The translations under genes were made by a program, and so were the position numbers. From Nanobdellota archaeon (GTDB taxonomy: Archaea; Nanobdellota; Nanobdellia; Pacearchaeales; GW2011-AR1): a stretch of DNA of 64,000 nucleotides. The stretch covers positions 582-64,581 of the forward strand of contig JBBSYL010000010.1 of NCBI GenBank assembly GCA_038045265.1. Reading direction: 5' to 3'. Under the pieces are notes generated by a model. That model was not told the DNA's origin and searched no databases. It saw only the letters and a list, made by a program, of their open reading frames with translations. Every line of letters begins with the position of its first letter. Within the stretch, counting starts at the first letter, position 1. This document shows, piece after piece, positions 38,912 through 48,317 of the stretch.

Positions 38912-39635
38912 GAAATACAATATTATTTTCAGAGTCGAATAGATAAATGGTGTCTCGGTCATTATTCCATATGCTTGTTTTGGAGTTCCAAAATATATCT
39001 GTTCTATTGTCATTTCCGCTTCCTGAGTGCAGATTCACCTCGGAATCTAGAAGAATATTAAACTTATATTGTTTTCTGCTTTCGTCTTTTAATATCCATC
39101 CTGAAAGATTAAATGGATTGCATATATTTTTAATTCTGACCATTTCTTCTTCTTCAGATACTTCAACATTTAAACATCCTGAATAATTTGAACTTTTCCA
39201 TATGCCTTTATTCCATTTAACTGCTTCCTTTTCTGCTTTGTCAAAGGCTTCAAGTTCTGACTCTTCCACAAGGAATTTTGAAGCTAAACCTAAAGAGACA
39301 AGTTCTAAATTAAGATATTTTTCATCTTGGGAATAAAGTCTAGCTAGAGTCCGACCATATTTTTCTATGCCTTGTTTCTCAATATAAATATTTTCCTTTT
39401 CATAAATTTTTAGGTAATTAAGGGATTTTATATAAAGGGGGGAAGATTTTTCCGGGGAATTTATATTTACTAACCTTACAATTCTTCCGTCTTCTAACTC
39501 TAATGTGTCTCCATCTATAACTCTTGCTAAAATAACTGATTCTAACTCTCTTTCAGACTCTGAGAAAATGAAAAAGATATTGGAAATTAATACAGTTAAT
39601 GCTAGAGCTATTAAAAAGGATATTTTCTTATTCAA
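38892..39635 (-). CDS. secreted thermonuclease (SNase-like) fused to a lamin-tail domain
   Basis: RVIDGDTLELEDGRIVRLVNINSPEK...YGRTLARLY (SNase catalytic region). C-terminal NPFNLSGWILKDES LTD-like. N-terminal TM/signal. Confidence 0.75.
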   Translation of the reverse strand: MNKKISFLIALALTVLISNIFFIFSESERELESVILARVIDGDTLELEDGRIVRLVNINSPEKSSPLYIKSLNYLKIYEKENIYIEKQGIEKYGRTLARLYSQDEKYLNLELVSLGLASKFLVEESELEAFDKAEKEAVKWNKGIWKSSNYSGCLNVEVSEEEEMVRIKNICNPFNLSGWILKDESRKQYKFNILLDSEVNLHSGSGNDNRTDIFWNSKTSIWNNDRDTIYLFDSENNIVFHESYGY

Positions 39636-40104
39636 TTTTTAATATGTGTGGGTTTACTTTTAATGAAGAGATAAATTTTCTTAAATCGACCTTATGTATT
39701 TCAAGAGTAGATGTATTTATGTTTGGATGAAAACCTGCAATATCTGCGTTCCAAACAACTTCATCAATAATTAAATTTACATCTTTTGCGTAAATCATGG
39801 CAAATATTGAGACTGAACCGGGAGATACGTTTAGATGAAACTTCAGTTCTTCTGGAGAAGCAAAGTGCAGTTTTCCCACATTAAATTCTTTTCTCAAAGA
39901 CTTTATATCTGCTCTTTTATATGCCTCCATAGCAATGAGGTAAAATTTATTTTTGTCATCCTTTAAAAAAAGGCACTTACAATGCAGACCAGGGATGTTG
40001 TTTTTTACTTTAAGAGATTCTTCAACAGTAAAAACTGCTGGATGCTTATGCTCTATAAATTTTATTTTATTTTTCTCTAAAAAGTCAAATAGTGTTTTGT
40101 CCAT
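39628..40104 (-). CDS. ybaK: YbaK/ProX-type aminoacyl-tRNA deacylase
   Basis: 158 aa. CKCLFLKDDKNKFYLIAM and SPGSVSIF match the YbaK editing domain. Confidence 0.8.
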   Translation of the reverse strand: MDKTLFDFLEKNKIKFIEHKHPAVFTVEESLKVKNNIPGLHCKCLFLKDDKNKFYLIAMEAYKRADIKSLRKEFNVGKLHFASPEELKFHLNVSPGSVSIFAMIYAKDVNLIIDEVVWNADIAGFHPNINTSTLEIHKVDLRKFISSLKVNPHILKIE

Positions 40105-40176
40105 GAGATATATATCTATAAATCAGTTATATAATCTCTGTGCTCCCTACAGACATATATAATCTTTTTGCCAAGA

Positions 40177-40187
40177 TTTATATAAAG
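40177..40187 (+). promoter_or_regulatory. TATA-like box (tttatataaag) ~20-30 bp upstream of trxB ATG
   Basis: AT-rich divergent intergenic region with several TATA-like elements. Confidence 0.25.
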
Positions 40188-40205
40188 ATATAATCAATAA
40201 AAAAG

Positions 40206-41165
40206 ATGGATGAAAATGAATTTGATTTTATAATAATTGGTGCTGGAGTTGCAGGATTGTCTGCTTCAATGTATGGCGCCAGACTTGGTATGAAAACACT
40301 TTGCCTGGGAGCAACTTTCAGCTCAGAACTTGCAGTAGGGGGAGTCATAACAACAACAAATATTGTAGAAAATTATCCAGGTTTTATCAAACTAAGCGGA
40401 AGTGAACTTGCGGAAGCAATTGAAAAACATGCCAGAAGCTATGATATGGTAACAATAAGGAATGAAAAAGTGGAAAGAGTCGGTGGAAAATTCGGTAAGT
40501 TTTCTATAGAAACTAAAAAAAATAGATACTCTGGAAAAACAATTTTGTTTTCTACAGGAACAAAATGGAAAAAACTAGAAGTTTCAGGAAGCAAGGAATT
40601 TGAGAATAAAGGCGTTGCGTATTGTGCATTGTGTGATGCTCCTCTTTTCAAAAATAAAATAGTTGGTCTTGTCGGAGGTAGTGATAGCGCTGCTAAAGAT
40701 GCACTAGTATTGACAGAACACGCAAAAAAAGTTTATATAATATACCGTGGAGAAAAAATCCATCCGGAAATAATCAATATGAAAAGGGTAGAGGAAAAGA
40801 TAAAACAAAGAAAAATAGAAATCATAAATAATACTAATGTCGTTGAAATAAAGGGAGGGGAATTTTTGGAAAAGGTTGTTTTGGATAGACCTTTTAATGG
40901 AAAAAAAGAGCTAGAGCTGCAGGGATTGTTCATAGCTATAGGACATATAGCATTAACAGAGTTAGCAGAAAAAATTGGAGTGAAACTTGATGAAAAAAAA
41001 GAAATTGTAATTAACCATAAGACAAGTGAAACAAACATAATGGGTGTGTTTGCTGCAGGAGACTGCACGGACAAGCCATTTAAACAGGCAATAACTGGTG
41101 TTGCTGATGGATGTACTGCAGCCTATAGCGCTTTCGAATTAATAACAAAAGACCAAATAGGCTAA
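40206..41165 (+). CDS. trxB: thioredoxin-disulfide reductase
   Basis: FAD motif IIGAGVAGLSA. Redox CALCD. NADPH motif GGSDSAAKDA. GVFAAGDC. Confidence 0.85.
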   Translation: MDENEFDFIIIGAGVAGLSASMYGARLGMKTLCLGATFSSELAVGGVITTTNIVENYPGFIKLSGSELAEAIEKHARSYDMVTIRNEKVERVGGKFGKFSIETKKNRYSGKTILFSTGTKWKKLEVSGSKEFENKGVAYCALCDAPLFKNKIVGLVGGSDSAAKDALVLTEHAKKVYIIYRGEKIHPEIINMKRVEEKIKQRKIEIINNTNVVEIKGGEFLEKVVLDRPFNGKKELELQGLFIAIGHIALTELAEKIGVKLDEKKEIVINHKTSETNIMGVFAAGDCTDKPFKQAITGVADGCTAAYSAFELITKDQIG

Positions 41166-41170
41166 TCAAA

Positions 41171-41345
41171 AAAACGATGTGCCACTCCACCTTAAAAGGT
41201 GGAGTTTGAAGAGGCACTCGTTTCATCAAGGACGTAAGTCCTTGAATGCCATCAAGAATTGAAAATTCTTGAGGTTAGGATGTTCAAGATGCAACCTCAT
41301 CTTAAAAGATGAGGTTTTCTGTCAAGCATCTTGACATAAAACTTA
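41171..41345. ncRNA. candidate structured ncRNA or multi-hairpin element in the trxB-pilin spacer
   Basis: At least five perfect or near-perfect stem-loops in ~175 nt (ctccacctt/aaggtggag; caaggac/gtccttg; caagaatt/aattcttg; aacctcatctt/aagatgaggtt; tgtcaag/cttgaca). An outer stem aaacgatgtgcc/ggcactcgttt encloses the first. No ORF. Confidence 0.25.
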
Positions 41346-41380
41346 ATTAAGTTTTTAAAGTCGGATAGGTTTTAAGCTGA

Positions 41381-41863
41381 ATGAAGAGAAAAGGTTTATC
41401 TCCCGTTATTGCTACTGTCCTCCTTATTGCAATAGTGTTGCTTTTAGCGGCAATCATTTTCTTATGGGCGCGGGGCCTTCTTACTGAAAGAAATCAAAAA
41501 TTTGATGAACCTGTAGAAAATGCATGCGGAGATGTAAACTTCGAAGCTGAAGCATATTTTGATTCTGATAAATACACTTTAGGGGTAGTCAACAAAGGAA
41601 CCGTCCCAATATATAGTATAGAACTTAAAATAAGAAGAGATGGTGCGATAAGAGATCTTAAGGTATTATCTTTGGAAGATGGAAAATATGGTACAATAAG
41701 ATCTGGGGAATCTAAGCTTATAGATTTAGGAAATGAGGGGGATATTGAAGTAGGGGATGAGCTTGAAGTTATACCAATAATACTTGGGCAGAAAGGAGGA
41801 GTCAAAACACCTTTCCCATGTGAATCTGATCAGGGTCAGAGAATTAATATAAAATCAGAGTGA
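41381..41863 (+). CDS. archaeal type IV pilin (class III signal peptide, Pilin_N/DUF361-like)
   Basis: MKRKGLSPVIATVLLIAIVLLL matches the archaeal pilin N-terminal consensus. Confidence 0.7.
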   Translation: MKRKGLSPVIATVLLIAIVLLLAAIIFLWARGLLTERNQKFDEPVENACGDVNFEAEAYFDSDKYTLGVVNKGTVPIYSIELKIRRDGAIRDLKVLSLEDGKYGTIRSGESKLIDLGNEGDIEVGDELEVIPIILGQKGGVKTPFPCESDQGQRINIKSE

Positions 41864-41864
41864 A

Positions 41865-42365
41865 ATGGAAAGAAAAGGATTATCTGCTATTGTTGCAACT
41901 GTTATGATTATAGCTTTGACAGTCGCCGCTGCAGGGATAATAGCTAAATTTGCGATACCTTTTGTCAAAGGAGGCTTAGAAAGTAGTACAGAATGTGTGG
42001 ATTATCAAGAATATTTTAAATTTGATGAATCTCTTGGATTTAACTGTTTTGAACCAGATGAAAACTTAATTCTCTCTGTAAGGGCCAGCAATAATGTGGG
42101 GGGCGATGATAAGATTAAGGGTTTTAATCTTGTTCTATTTGGAGACGGTTTTTCTAAAGTTATTTCTTTAGAGAATAATTTGCAGATAAATGATTTAACA
42201 ATGTACTCTGGAAACGTAATAGAAATTCCTTCTCCTGGAGAAACATTTAGTTATAATTATACCGAAAGAGGAATTTATAATTTTGCAGAATTGTTTCCTG
42301 TATTGAAAACGGGAAAGGTATGCGAAAGAAGGTCTGATAGAATTTCCCTCAGGAGATGCGGATGA
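41865..42365 (+). CDS. archaeal type IV pilin
   Basis: MERKGLSAIVATVMIIALTVAAAG class III signal peptide. Confidence 0.7.
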   Translation: MERKGLSAIVATVMIIALTVAAAGIIAKFAIPFVKGGLESSTECVDYQEYFKFDESLGFNCFEPDENLILSVRASNNVGGDDKIKGFNLVLFGDGFSKVISLENNLQINDLTMYSGNVIEIPSPGETFSYNYTERGIYNFAELFPVLKTGKVCERRSDRISLRRCG

Positions 42366-42907
42366 CGAGAAGAGGGCAGGTTTGGATAGAGACTGTGCTT
42401 TATACTTTGATAGGGCTTGCACTGATTGGAATGGTGTTGGCATTTGCTCTTCCAAAAATAAATCAAACAAGAGATGAAATAATAGTAGATCAGACCATAG
42501 AATCCTTGAAAGAGCTGGATAACTTGATAAATGGTGTTGCTGATCAGGGCCCTGGAAACAGGAGAACGTATGAAATAGGCATCAAAAGAGGTAGCTTAAC
42601 CTTTAATTCTGAAGAAGATATAATTGAATTCAGAATAAAAGACTTGGCGGACCTTTACTCTGAAGAAGGTATAGAAATAGAAAATGGGAGAGTAAAAATA
42701 CTGTCCTCTTCCGGACAAAAGGACAAAGAAATTCTTCTTTCTCTAGACTATGAAAATAAAATAAACATTAGCTATGCTGGAAGAGATGAAATTAAGGAAT
42801 TTAGTGCGGCTCCAATACCATATAAACTTTCTGTAACCAATGAAAGACAAGTTGTCGGAGAGCTCGTTAATATAAATATAGAGGCCATATCTGGAAGCTC
42901 CAATTAA
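42356..42907 (+). CDS. type IV pilin-like protein (bacterial-like RG/QxxxE N-terminus)
   Basis: MRMTRRGQVWIETVLYTLIGLALIG, with Glu at +5 after the putative cleavage site. Confidence 0.6.
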   Translation: MRMTRRGQVWIETVLYTLIGLALIGMVLAFALPKINQTRDEIIVDQTIESLKELDNLINGVADQGPGNRRTYEIGIKRGSLTFNSEEDIIEFRIKDLADLYSEEGIEIENGRVKILSSSGQKDKEILLSLDYENKINISYAGRDEIKEFSAAPIPYKLSVTNERQVVGELVNINIEAISGSSN

Positions 42908-42944
42908 CGGCATAATTTAAATAGATAATTGCATAAACAATGTT

Positions 42945-44471
42945 ATGGACCTTGTCATAAATCTCAAACCTCCCATACCTGCTCTTCCAAGAGTAACAGA
43001 CAAAAGTAAGGTAGATATTAGATATGTTTTGATTGCCCCCTACGCTGTAGCCCATATATATTGGGATGAAAAAACTTCTGAATTAGTTTATGAACTTGAA
43101 GAGCCCTTGCTTAACGAGCCAGAAAAGGCTATACTTGACAAGATTGAAGAAGGAATGCTCGAACTCATAAATGTTAATGTGGCTGTTGAGAAGACTTTAG
43201 AAGCAACAACAAATTATATAGACAAAACTGCAAGGCTTTTGATTGACGAATTTAATATAAAAATGTCTGAAGAGGGCTATCAAAAAATATTTTATTATCT
43301 TTACAGAGATTTTATTGGCTTAAATGAGATAGAACCCATCCTTAATGATTATTATATAGAAGATATAGAATGTAATGGTGTTGGAACAAGTGTGTATGTT
43401 ATACACAGAATATATAGGAATCTAAGAACAAATATACTTTATTCTGATGTAGATAAACTCGCAAATTTTGTTGAGAAGCTTGCGCAAAGGACTGGAAGAT
43501 ATATTTCCTATGCCCAGCCCCTACTAGATGGCAGTCTACCAGATGGAAGTAGAGTCAATGCAAGTTACACAAAAGATGTTACCTCTAAAGGTCCAACTTT
43601 TACAATACGTAAATTTACAAAAGTTCCTTGGACACCAATACAACTTATTGGACTTGGAACTGTGAGTCCCGAGATGCTTGCTTATTTCTGGATACTTCTC
43701 GAATACAAGTCTAGTTTTATGATAACTGGAGGTACTGGAACTGGTAAGACAACATTGCTTAATGCACTTGCCTTCTTCATTCCTCCCGAAGCGAGAGTTG
43801 TTAGTATTGAAGACACAAGAGAAATAAATTTGCCAAGAGAAAACTGGCTTCCAGCAGTTGCAAGACCAAGCATCGGAATAGGAAATGTTGGTGAAGTAGA
43901 TCTTTTCTCCCTATTGAAAAGCTCATTCAGACAGAATCCGGACTATTTAATAGTGGGAGAAGTAAGAGGAAAAGAAGCTTATGTCTTATTCCAAGGAATG
44001 GCTTCTGGTCATGCCTCTTTGAGTACAATGCACGCCGATTCTGTAGAGACATTGATAAGAAGGTTACAAACACCTCCGATAGAACTTCCGCCGAGCCTTG
44101 TTAACACATTAGACTGTGTTGCAGTAATAAGTCATGGATTGGTTAATAATAGGGATATAAGAAAAGTCAGAGAGATTGTTGAAATTATAAATGTAAATAA
44201 TGACGGTACAGCGATGGTTAATACTCCAATGGTTTGGGATCCAGCAAAAAATGTATTTTACTTCAAAAAGCAAAGCAAAGTCTTTGAGAAAATTGCATTA
44301 AAGCATGGAGTAGCACTTGAAAAAATAAGGAGGGAACTTCTTGCAAGAAGTAAACTCCTTTATGAATTATATAGGAATAAAATATTTGATTTTTATGAAG
44401 TAGGAAAAATAATCAATGAGTATTATAAAAATCCTGCAGAGGTCCTTACAAAATACGATATAAAAGAGTAA
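42945..44471 (+). CDS. type IV pilus/secretion ATPase (FlaI/ArlI/TadA/PilB family)
   Basis: Walker A GGTGTGKTTLLNAL. Walker B DYLIVGEVRGKEA. His box GHASLSTMHAD. Confidence 0.85.
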   Translation: MDLVINLKPPIPALPRVTDKSKVDIRYVLIAPYAVAHIYWDEKTSELVYELEEPLLNEPEKAILDKIEEGMLELINVNVAVEKTLEATTNYIDKTARLLIDEFNIKMSEEGYQKIFYYLYRDFIGLNEIEPILNDYYIEDIECNGVGTSVYVIHRIYRNLRTNILYSDVDKLANFVEKLAQRTGRYISYAQPLLDGSLPDGSRVNASYTKDVTSKGPTFTIRKFTKVPWTPIQLIGLGTVSPEMLAYFWILLEYKSSFMITGGTGTGKTTLLNALAFFIPPEARVVSIEDTREINLPRENWLPAVARPSIGIGNVGEVDLFSLLKSSFRQNPDYLIVGEVRGKEAYVLFQGMASGHASLSTMHADSVETLIRRLQTPPIELPPSLVNTLDCVAVISHGLVNNRDIRKVREIVEIINVNNDGTAMVNTPMVWDPAKNVFYFKKQSKVFEKIALKHGVALEKIRRELLARSKLLYELYRNKIFDFYEVGKIINEYYKNPAEVLTKYDIKE

Positions 44472-44513
44472 GGTCTATGAAAACTATATAAATATGGTGT
44501 CTAATTTATATTA

Positions 44514-44675
44514 ATGGAAAAAGAGGATGTAATATCGCTTGCTCACCTCCTGTCTGCTATGAAAGATTCTGCTATAAAGCTTGAAGAAGCGGTGAAAAAG
44601 AAAGATGCTGAAAAAATTACTGAAATAAAAAGAGAAATACTCAGATTTCAAAAAGACGTAGAGAGGGTTATATGA
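44514..44675 (+). CDS. small 53-aa helical protein translationally coupled (ATGA) to the platform gene
   Basis: Hand-translated as MEKEDVISLAHLLSAMKDSAIKLEEAVKKKDAEKITEIKREILRFQKDVERVI. Below the ORF-track size cutoff. Confidence 0.3.
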   Translation: MEKEDVISLAHLLSAMKDSAIKLEEAVKKKDAEKITEIKREILRFQKDVERVI

Positions 44676-45967
44676 TAGAGGAACTTTTGAAAAATATAGA
44701 TAATGAAATAGACATACTTAAGGAAATAGCCTTGTATAATAATAAATTATCTGAAGCGAATCAGCGAGAGAGAAAAATACTTCTTGCGGCAATAAGCTCC
44801 TTGAGAGAAGGAATAAGAATATTAAATGCTTCCGTTCCGAAAATAATGCAGGGTATATCTTTGGCTAAGAAATTGCCTGGAAAACACGAAAGCGGTTTGG
44901 AAAGAATATCTTTTAAGAGAAATGAAAAGGGAATGGATGCTGTCTTAAGAAGCGAAGATAAAGAAAGATTCTTATCTGAACTAAGAATAAATAACGAGGC
45001 GCTGGAAAAGTTGGGGGGAGAAAAACAAGAACAAGAAGTATCTTATGCCAAATTCAAAGGTTCAAACTTTTATCTTAAAGCATCAAATAGAATGTTTGTC
45101 GGACTTGCCAGAAACATGATAAAGCGGGGAAAATTCAAAACACTTGCTACGACCCTTAAAAAATCAAATTTAGACATTTTATTTGAAAGCTATGTTTCTG
45201 CAATTTTCTTTACAACTTTTCTTGCTGTATGCTTTTCGGCCGTACTCTATGTCCTTCTTATATTCTTAGACTTCAGTGTGAGCGCGCCATTTATTCAAAT
45301 ATATTCTGATACACATTTGAAAAGAGTAGGAAGCTTAATATGGGTGCCTTTGATCATTCCAATTCTTTTCTTTCTAGGTTCTTATTTCTACCCTTCAACT
45401 GAGAGGGGGAGTATAGAAAGAAGAATAGATCAAGAGCTCCCATTTGCTGTCGTCCATATGAGCGCAATATCCGGCTCCGGGATAGAACCAACCAGCATCT
45501 TTAAGATAATTGTTCTTGGAAAAGAATATCCTTATCTTAAGAAAGAAGTAAGAAAAATCCTTAATCAAATAAATCTTTATGGTTATGACCTGGTTACCGC
45601 ACTTAACAATGTTGCCAAAAATTCACCAAGCAAGAAACTGTCTGAGTTGCTTTCTGGGATGGCTTCTACAATAACTTCTGGGGGGAGCCTATCTAATTTC
45701 TTTGAAAAAAGAGCTGAAACATTATTGCTTAATTATAGACTCGAAAGAGAAAAATTCACCAAATCTGCTGAAACTTTCATGGACCTCTATATAACTGTGG
45801 TAATCGTAGCGCCCATGATCCTCCTACTTATTTTCATACTTCTCTCGATAAGCGAGTTTGGGCCAAGTATCTCTCCAGGATATATTGCATTTATGATAAT
45901 TGCTATAATCACTTTAATCAATATTATATTCCTTGGAATAATTCATATTAAACAACCTGCATACTAA
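44672..45967 (+). CDS. pilus assembly platform protein (TadC/FlaJ/T2SS-F-like), part 1
   Basis: Cytoplasmic N-domain followed by multiple TM helices. Adjacent to the ATPase. Confidence 0.65.
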   Translation: MIEELLKNIDNEIDILKEIALYNNKLSEANQRERKILLAAISSLREGIRILNASVPKIMQGISLAKKLPGKHESGLERISFKRNEKGMDAVLRSEDKERFLSELRINNEALEKLGGEKQEQEVSYAKFKGSNFYLKASNRMFVGLARNMIKRGKFKTLATTLKKSNLDILFESYVSAIFFTTFLAVCFSAVLYVLLIFLDFSVSAPFIQIYSDTHLKRVGSLIWVPLIIPILFFLGSYFYPSTERGSIERRIDQELPFAVVHMSAISGSGIEPTSIFKIIVLGKEYPYLKKEVRKILNQINLYGYDLVTALNNVAKNSPSKKLSELLSGMASTITSGGSLSNFFEKRAETLLLNYRLEREKFTKSAETFMDLYITVVIVAPMILLLIFILLSISEFGPSISPGYIAFMIIAIITLINIIFLGIIHIKQPAY

Positions 45968-45968
45968 A

Positions 45969-46823
45969 ATGAAAATAAAAAAAGTTCACTGGATAGGAAT
46001 TGGATTCGGCTTAATACTCATAGTCGCAGGTTTAATCTTTTTTCTTAGTAATGAAGAAAAAAACTTGCTATTCTTTATAATCGGATTGGGAATAACTGTA
46101 GGAATACTTCCATTTATTGTGGATGTAATTGTTCAAAACAAGAAAGCGCAGGAGATAAATGAAATGTTTCTTGAATTTTCTAGAAATCTCGCTGAAAGTG
46201 TTGCAACAGGGACACCTATAAGTAAGAGCATAATTAATTTGAGTAGAAGGAATTATGGCCCTCTAACAGAACACATAGAAAAGTTGGGCAATCAAATTTC
46301 ACTTGGAATTCCTCTAAGTAAAGCTTTATTTATTTTTGCAAGAGATGTAGATAATAATGTTATAAGTAGAGCAGTCTCCCTTATGAGTGAAGCAGAAAAG
46401 GCAGGCGGAGAGATTGCCGCGATATTAAATTCTGTTTCTCTATCTATAGCCGAGATAGAAAAGTTGAAGAGTGAAAGAAAAGCAGCCATATCTGGCCTAA
46501 TAGTTCAAGGATATATAATATTCTTTATATTTATTGGCATAATGCTTATAATGGAATTTAAAATTTTGCCTTTAGCTTTGCAGATAGATACGTTGAGCGG
46601 ATTAAGCCATGGATCTGTAAGTGCTACCGCATCGCCAGGTCAAGGCAATGCAGGGGAATCACTGCCCAATCTGTTTCTCTATCTATTGCTTGTTCAGGGA
46701 TTCTTTACAGGATTTGCAATAGGGAAACTGGCCGAGGGTTCTTTAAAGGCGGGAATAAAGCATTCTTTCATAATGATCGTATCTGCTCTGCTTATTTCTA
46801 CGGGAGTCAGGGCATTTATTTAG
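45969..46823 (+). CDS. pilus assembly platform protein (TadB/FlaJ/T2SS-F-like), part 2
   Basis: N-terminal TM, soluble helical domain, C-terminal TMs. The platform appears split into two genes. Confidence 0.55.
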   Translation: MKIKKVHWIGIGFGLILIVAGLIFFLSNEEKNLLFFIIGLGITVGILPFIVDVIVQNKKAQEINEMFLEFSRNLAESVATGTPISKSIINLSRRNYGPLTEHIEKLGNQISLGIPLSKALFIFARDVDNNVISRAVSLMSEAEKAGGEIAAILNSVSLSIAEIEKLKSERKAAISGLIVQGYIIFFIFIGIMLIMEFKILPLALQIDTLSGLSHGSVSATASPGQGNAGESLPNLFLYLLLVQGFFTGFAIGKLAEGSLKAGIKHSFIMIVSALLISTGVRAFI

Positions 46824-47571
46824 TTACAAGGTAAAATAACTCATTATCCGATCTAAAAATTTTAAACTTGTATTCGAGTCTTGAAAGCATTTTTTCAAAC
46901 CAAGTCCTGTTTGGAAACTCCATCTTTTTACCCGAGATCTTTCTTGTTGGGAAACTAACTAGGATAAATTTGCACTTTACAATTTTTATTATTTTTTCAG
47001 CAAGTTTATGGCCTTTCTTTTCTATTATATCTAAAACCTTAAAGATTAAAACCAAATCTACTGTGGGCAAGGAATTATCTATTTTTCTTAAGTCGTATAT
47101 AAATGTTTTTCCTCTTATTTTATTTTCTTCGAAAAAGGAAGATACTAAAGAAAGATCTGAACTATTTATATCGGAGGCATAATATTGTATTTCTGGTTTT
47201 GCTAGTGCGATAGGATTGAGTCCACATCCCAGATCAAGTATAGAAGAAATCTGCAGGGAGTCAATTATCTTTTTAAGTTCTGGATAGAAATTGGCCCTTT
47301 CTGATGTAGAAAGGTGGTTCTTAAGAATATTGTCCTTGTTTCCAGATATGTCTGAAGATTTCCTGAATCTTCCAATATAACTCCTAAGATTATGTCTTAT
47401 CTCTTTTATGAGGACCTTTTTGTCTTTCTGGTTTAAATCTTCAAAATTTATTTTTTTGTTCTGCATAGATTCTGTAAGTAAGACCCTTACAAAATCTGAA
47501 TCTGCTCCAGATAACTCTTTCTTTTTCTTTATTTCAAAAATAAATTCATCAATTTTATCCATGCTTTTCAT
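46816..47571 (-). CDS. FmrO/ArmA-family 16S rRNA (guanine-N7) methyltransferase homolog
   Basis: HLSTSERANFY...SSILDLGCGLNPIAL...VDLVLIFKVL...LVSFPTRKISGKKMEF aligns with the ArmA/RmtB pattern (H.ST.ER ... SSILDFGCGFNPLAL ... FPIKSLSGKEKG), compared with ArmA as recalled from memory. Confidence 0.55.
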   Translation of the reverse strand: MKSMDKIDEFIFEIKKKKELSGADSDFVRVLLTESMQNKKINFEDLNQKDKKVLIKEIRHNLRSYIGRFRKSSDISGNKDNILKNHLSTSERANFYPELKKIIDSLQISSILDLGCGLNPIALAKPEIQYYASDINSSDLSLVSSFFEENKIRGKTFIYDLRKIDNSLPTVDLVLIFKVLDIIEKKGHKLAEKIIKIVKCKFILVSFPTRKISGKKMEFPNRTWFEKMLSRLEYKFKIFRSDNELFYLVTK

Positions 47572-47621
47572 TTAATAAATAGCATGAGAAGTTATATAAA
47601 TTTACTATTCCAGAGTCTTCC

Positions 47622-48317
47622 ATGAAAAGGAGAGGTTTAGCTCATTTAGAAATAGTACTTGCATTTGTTCTATTTATTGGAGTTATAGGATTTGGATTTT
47701 ATTTTCTTGGACACAGCAATAAAGTAAATTTAGTTGAGAAAAATTTAGATTATATCGAGAGAGAGATAAAAAAAGACCTTACGTCTGAAGCTTCAGCACA
47801 AAGTTTAAAGATCAATACAAGAACGGGAAATTCATTTGCTGTTGAGCTAACCAAGGAAAGTGGAGAGAATTTTGCAGTAGAAAATTCCTCAGGAGATGTG
47901 ATAAATTCGAAATTTGACAATGGGATTTTATATTTTGATGCACAAAGCGGAGATATTTATACAATAAGAAAAAGCTTAGATATAAATGAGATAAATGATT
48001 TTTCAGGGAGTCTACCTGCACATGATGAAAATAATTACAAGCTCGGGCCAGAAATAGAATCAAGTGTATATTCTGAAGAAAAAGCTCTTGGACTTAATGA
48101 AAGCTATTATAATAATTATGGAACTCTTCTTGAGAGATATGGTATAGGAAACAGGGTCAATTTTGGATTTCAAATAATTTTTGAGGGAGATGGAAGAATA
48201 ACTGCTGAAAGCGAAGTGCCTGAAAGTTATGAAATATTTTTAAGAAGTGAGAGGGCCGAATTTTTAAGAAGCGGGGGAGAATTGGAATTTGCGGAGGTAA
48301 TAGTTAAGGTATGGTAA
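47622..48317 (+). CDS. type IV pilin-like protein
   Basis: MKRRGLAHLEIVLAFVLFIGVIG (RG, then Glu at +5). Confidence 0.55.
   Translation: MKRRGLAHLEIVLAFVLFIGVIGFGFYFLGHSNKVNLVEKNLDYIEREIKKDLTSEASAQSLKINTRTGNSFAVELTKESGENFAVENSSGDVINSKFDNGILYFDAQSGDIYTIRKSLDINEINDFSGSLPAHDENNYKLGPEIESSVYSEEKALGLNESYYNNYGTLLERYGIGNRVNFGFQIIFEGDGRITAESEVPESYEIFLRSERAEFLRSGGELEFAEVIVKVW

Noticed and set aside
38892-39013. Possible frameshift joining the SNase-LTD ORF and the LTD ORF into one gene
   Set aside because: The downstream ORF has its own canonical signal peptide (MKATAISFIFIFFISFANA) beginning at an internal Met just after the upstream stop. Two separate genes are more parsimonious.
41166-41380. Possibility that the hairpin region encodes micro-ORFs
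   Set aside because: The only ATG-initiated frames are 8-10 codons long and end inside the stems. The region was treated as non-coding.
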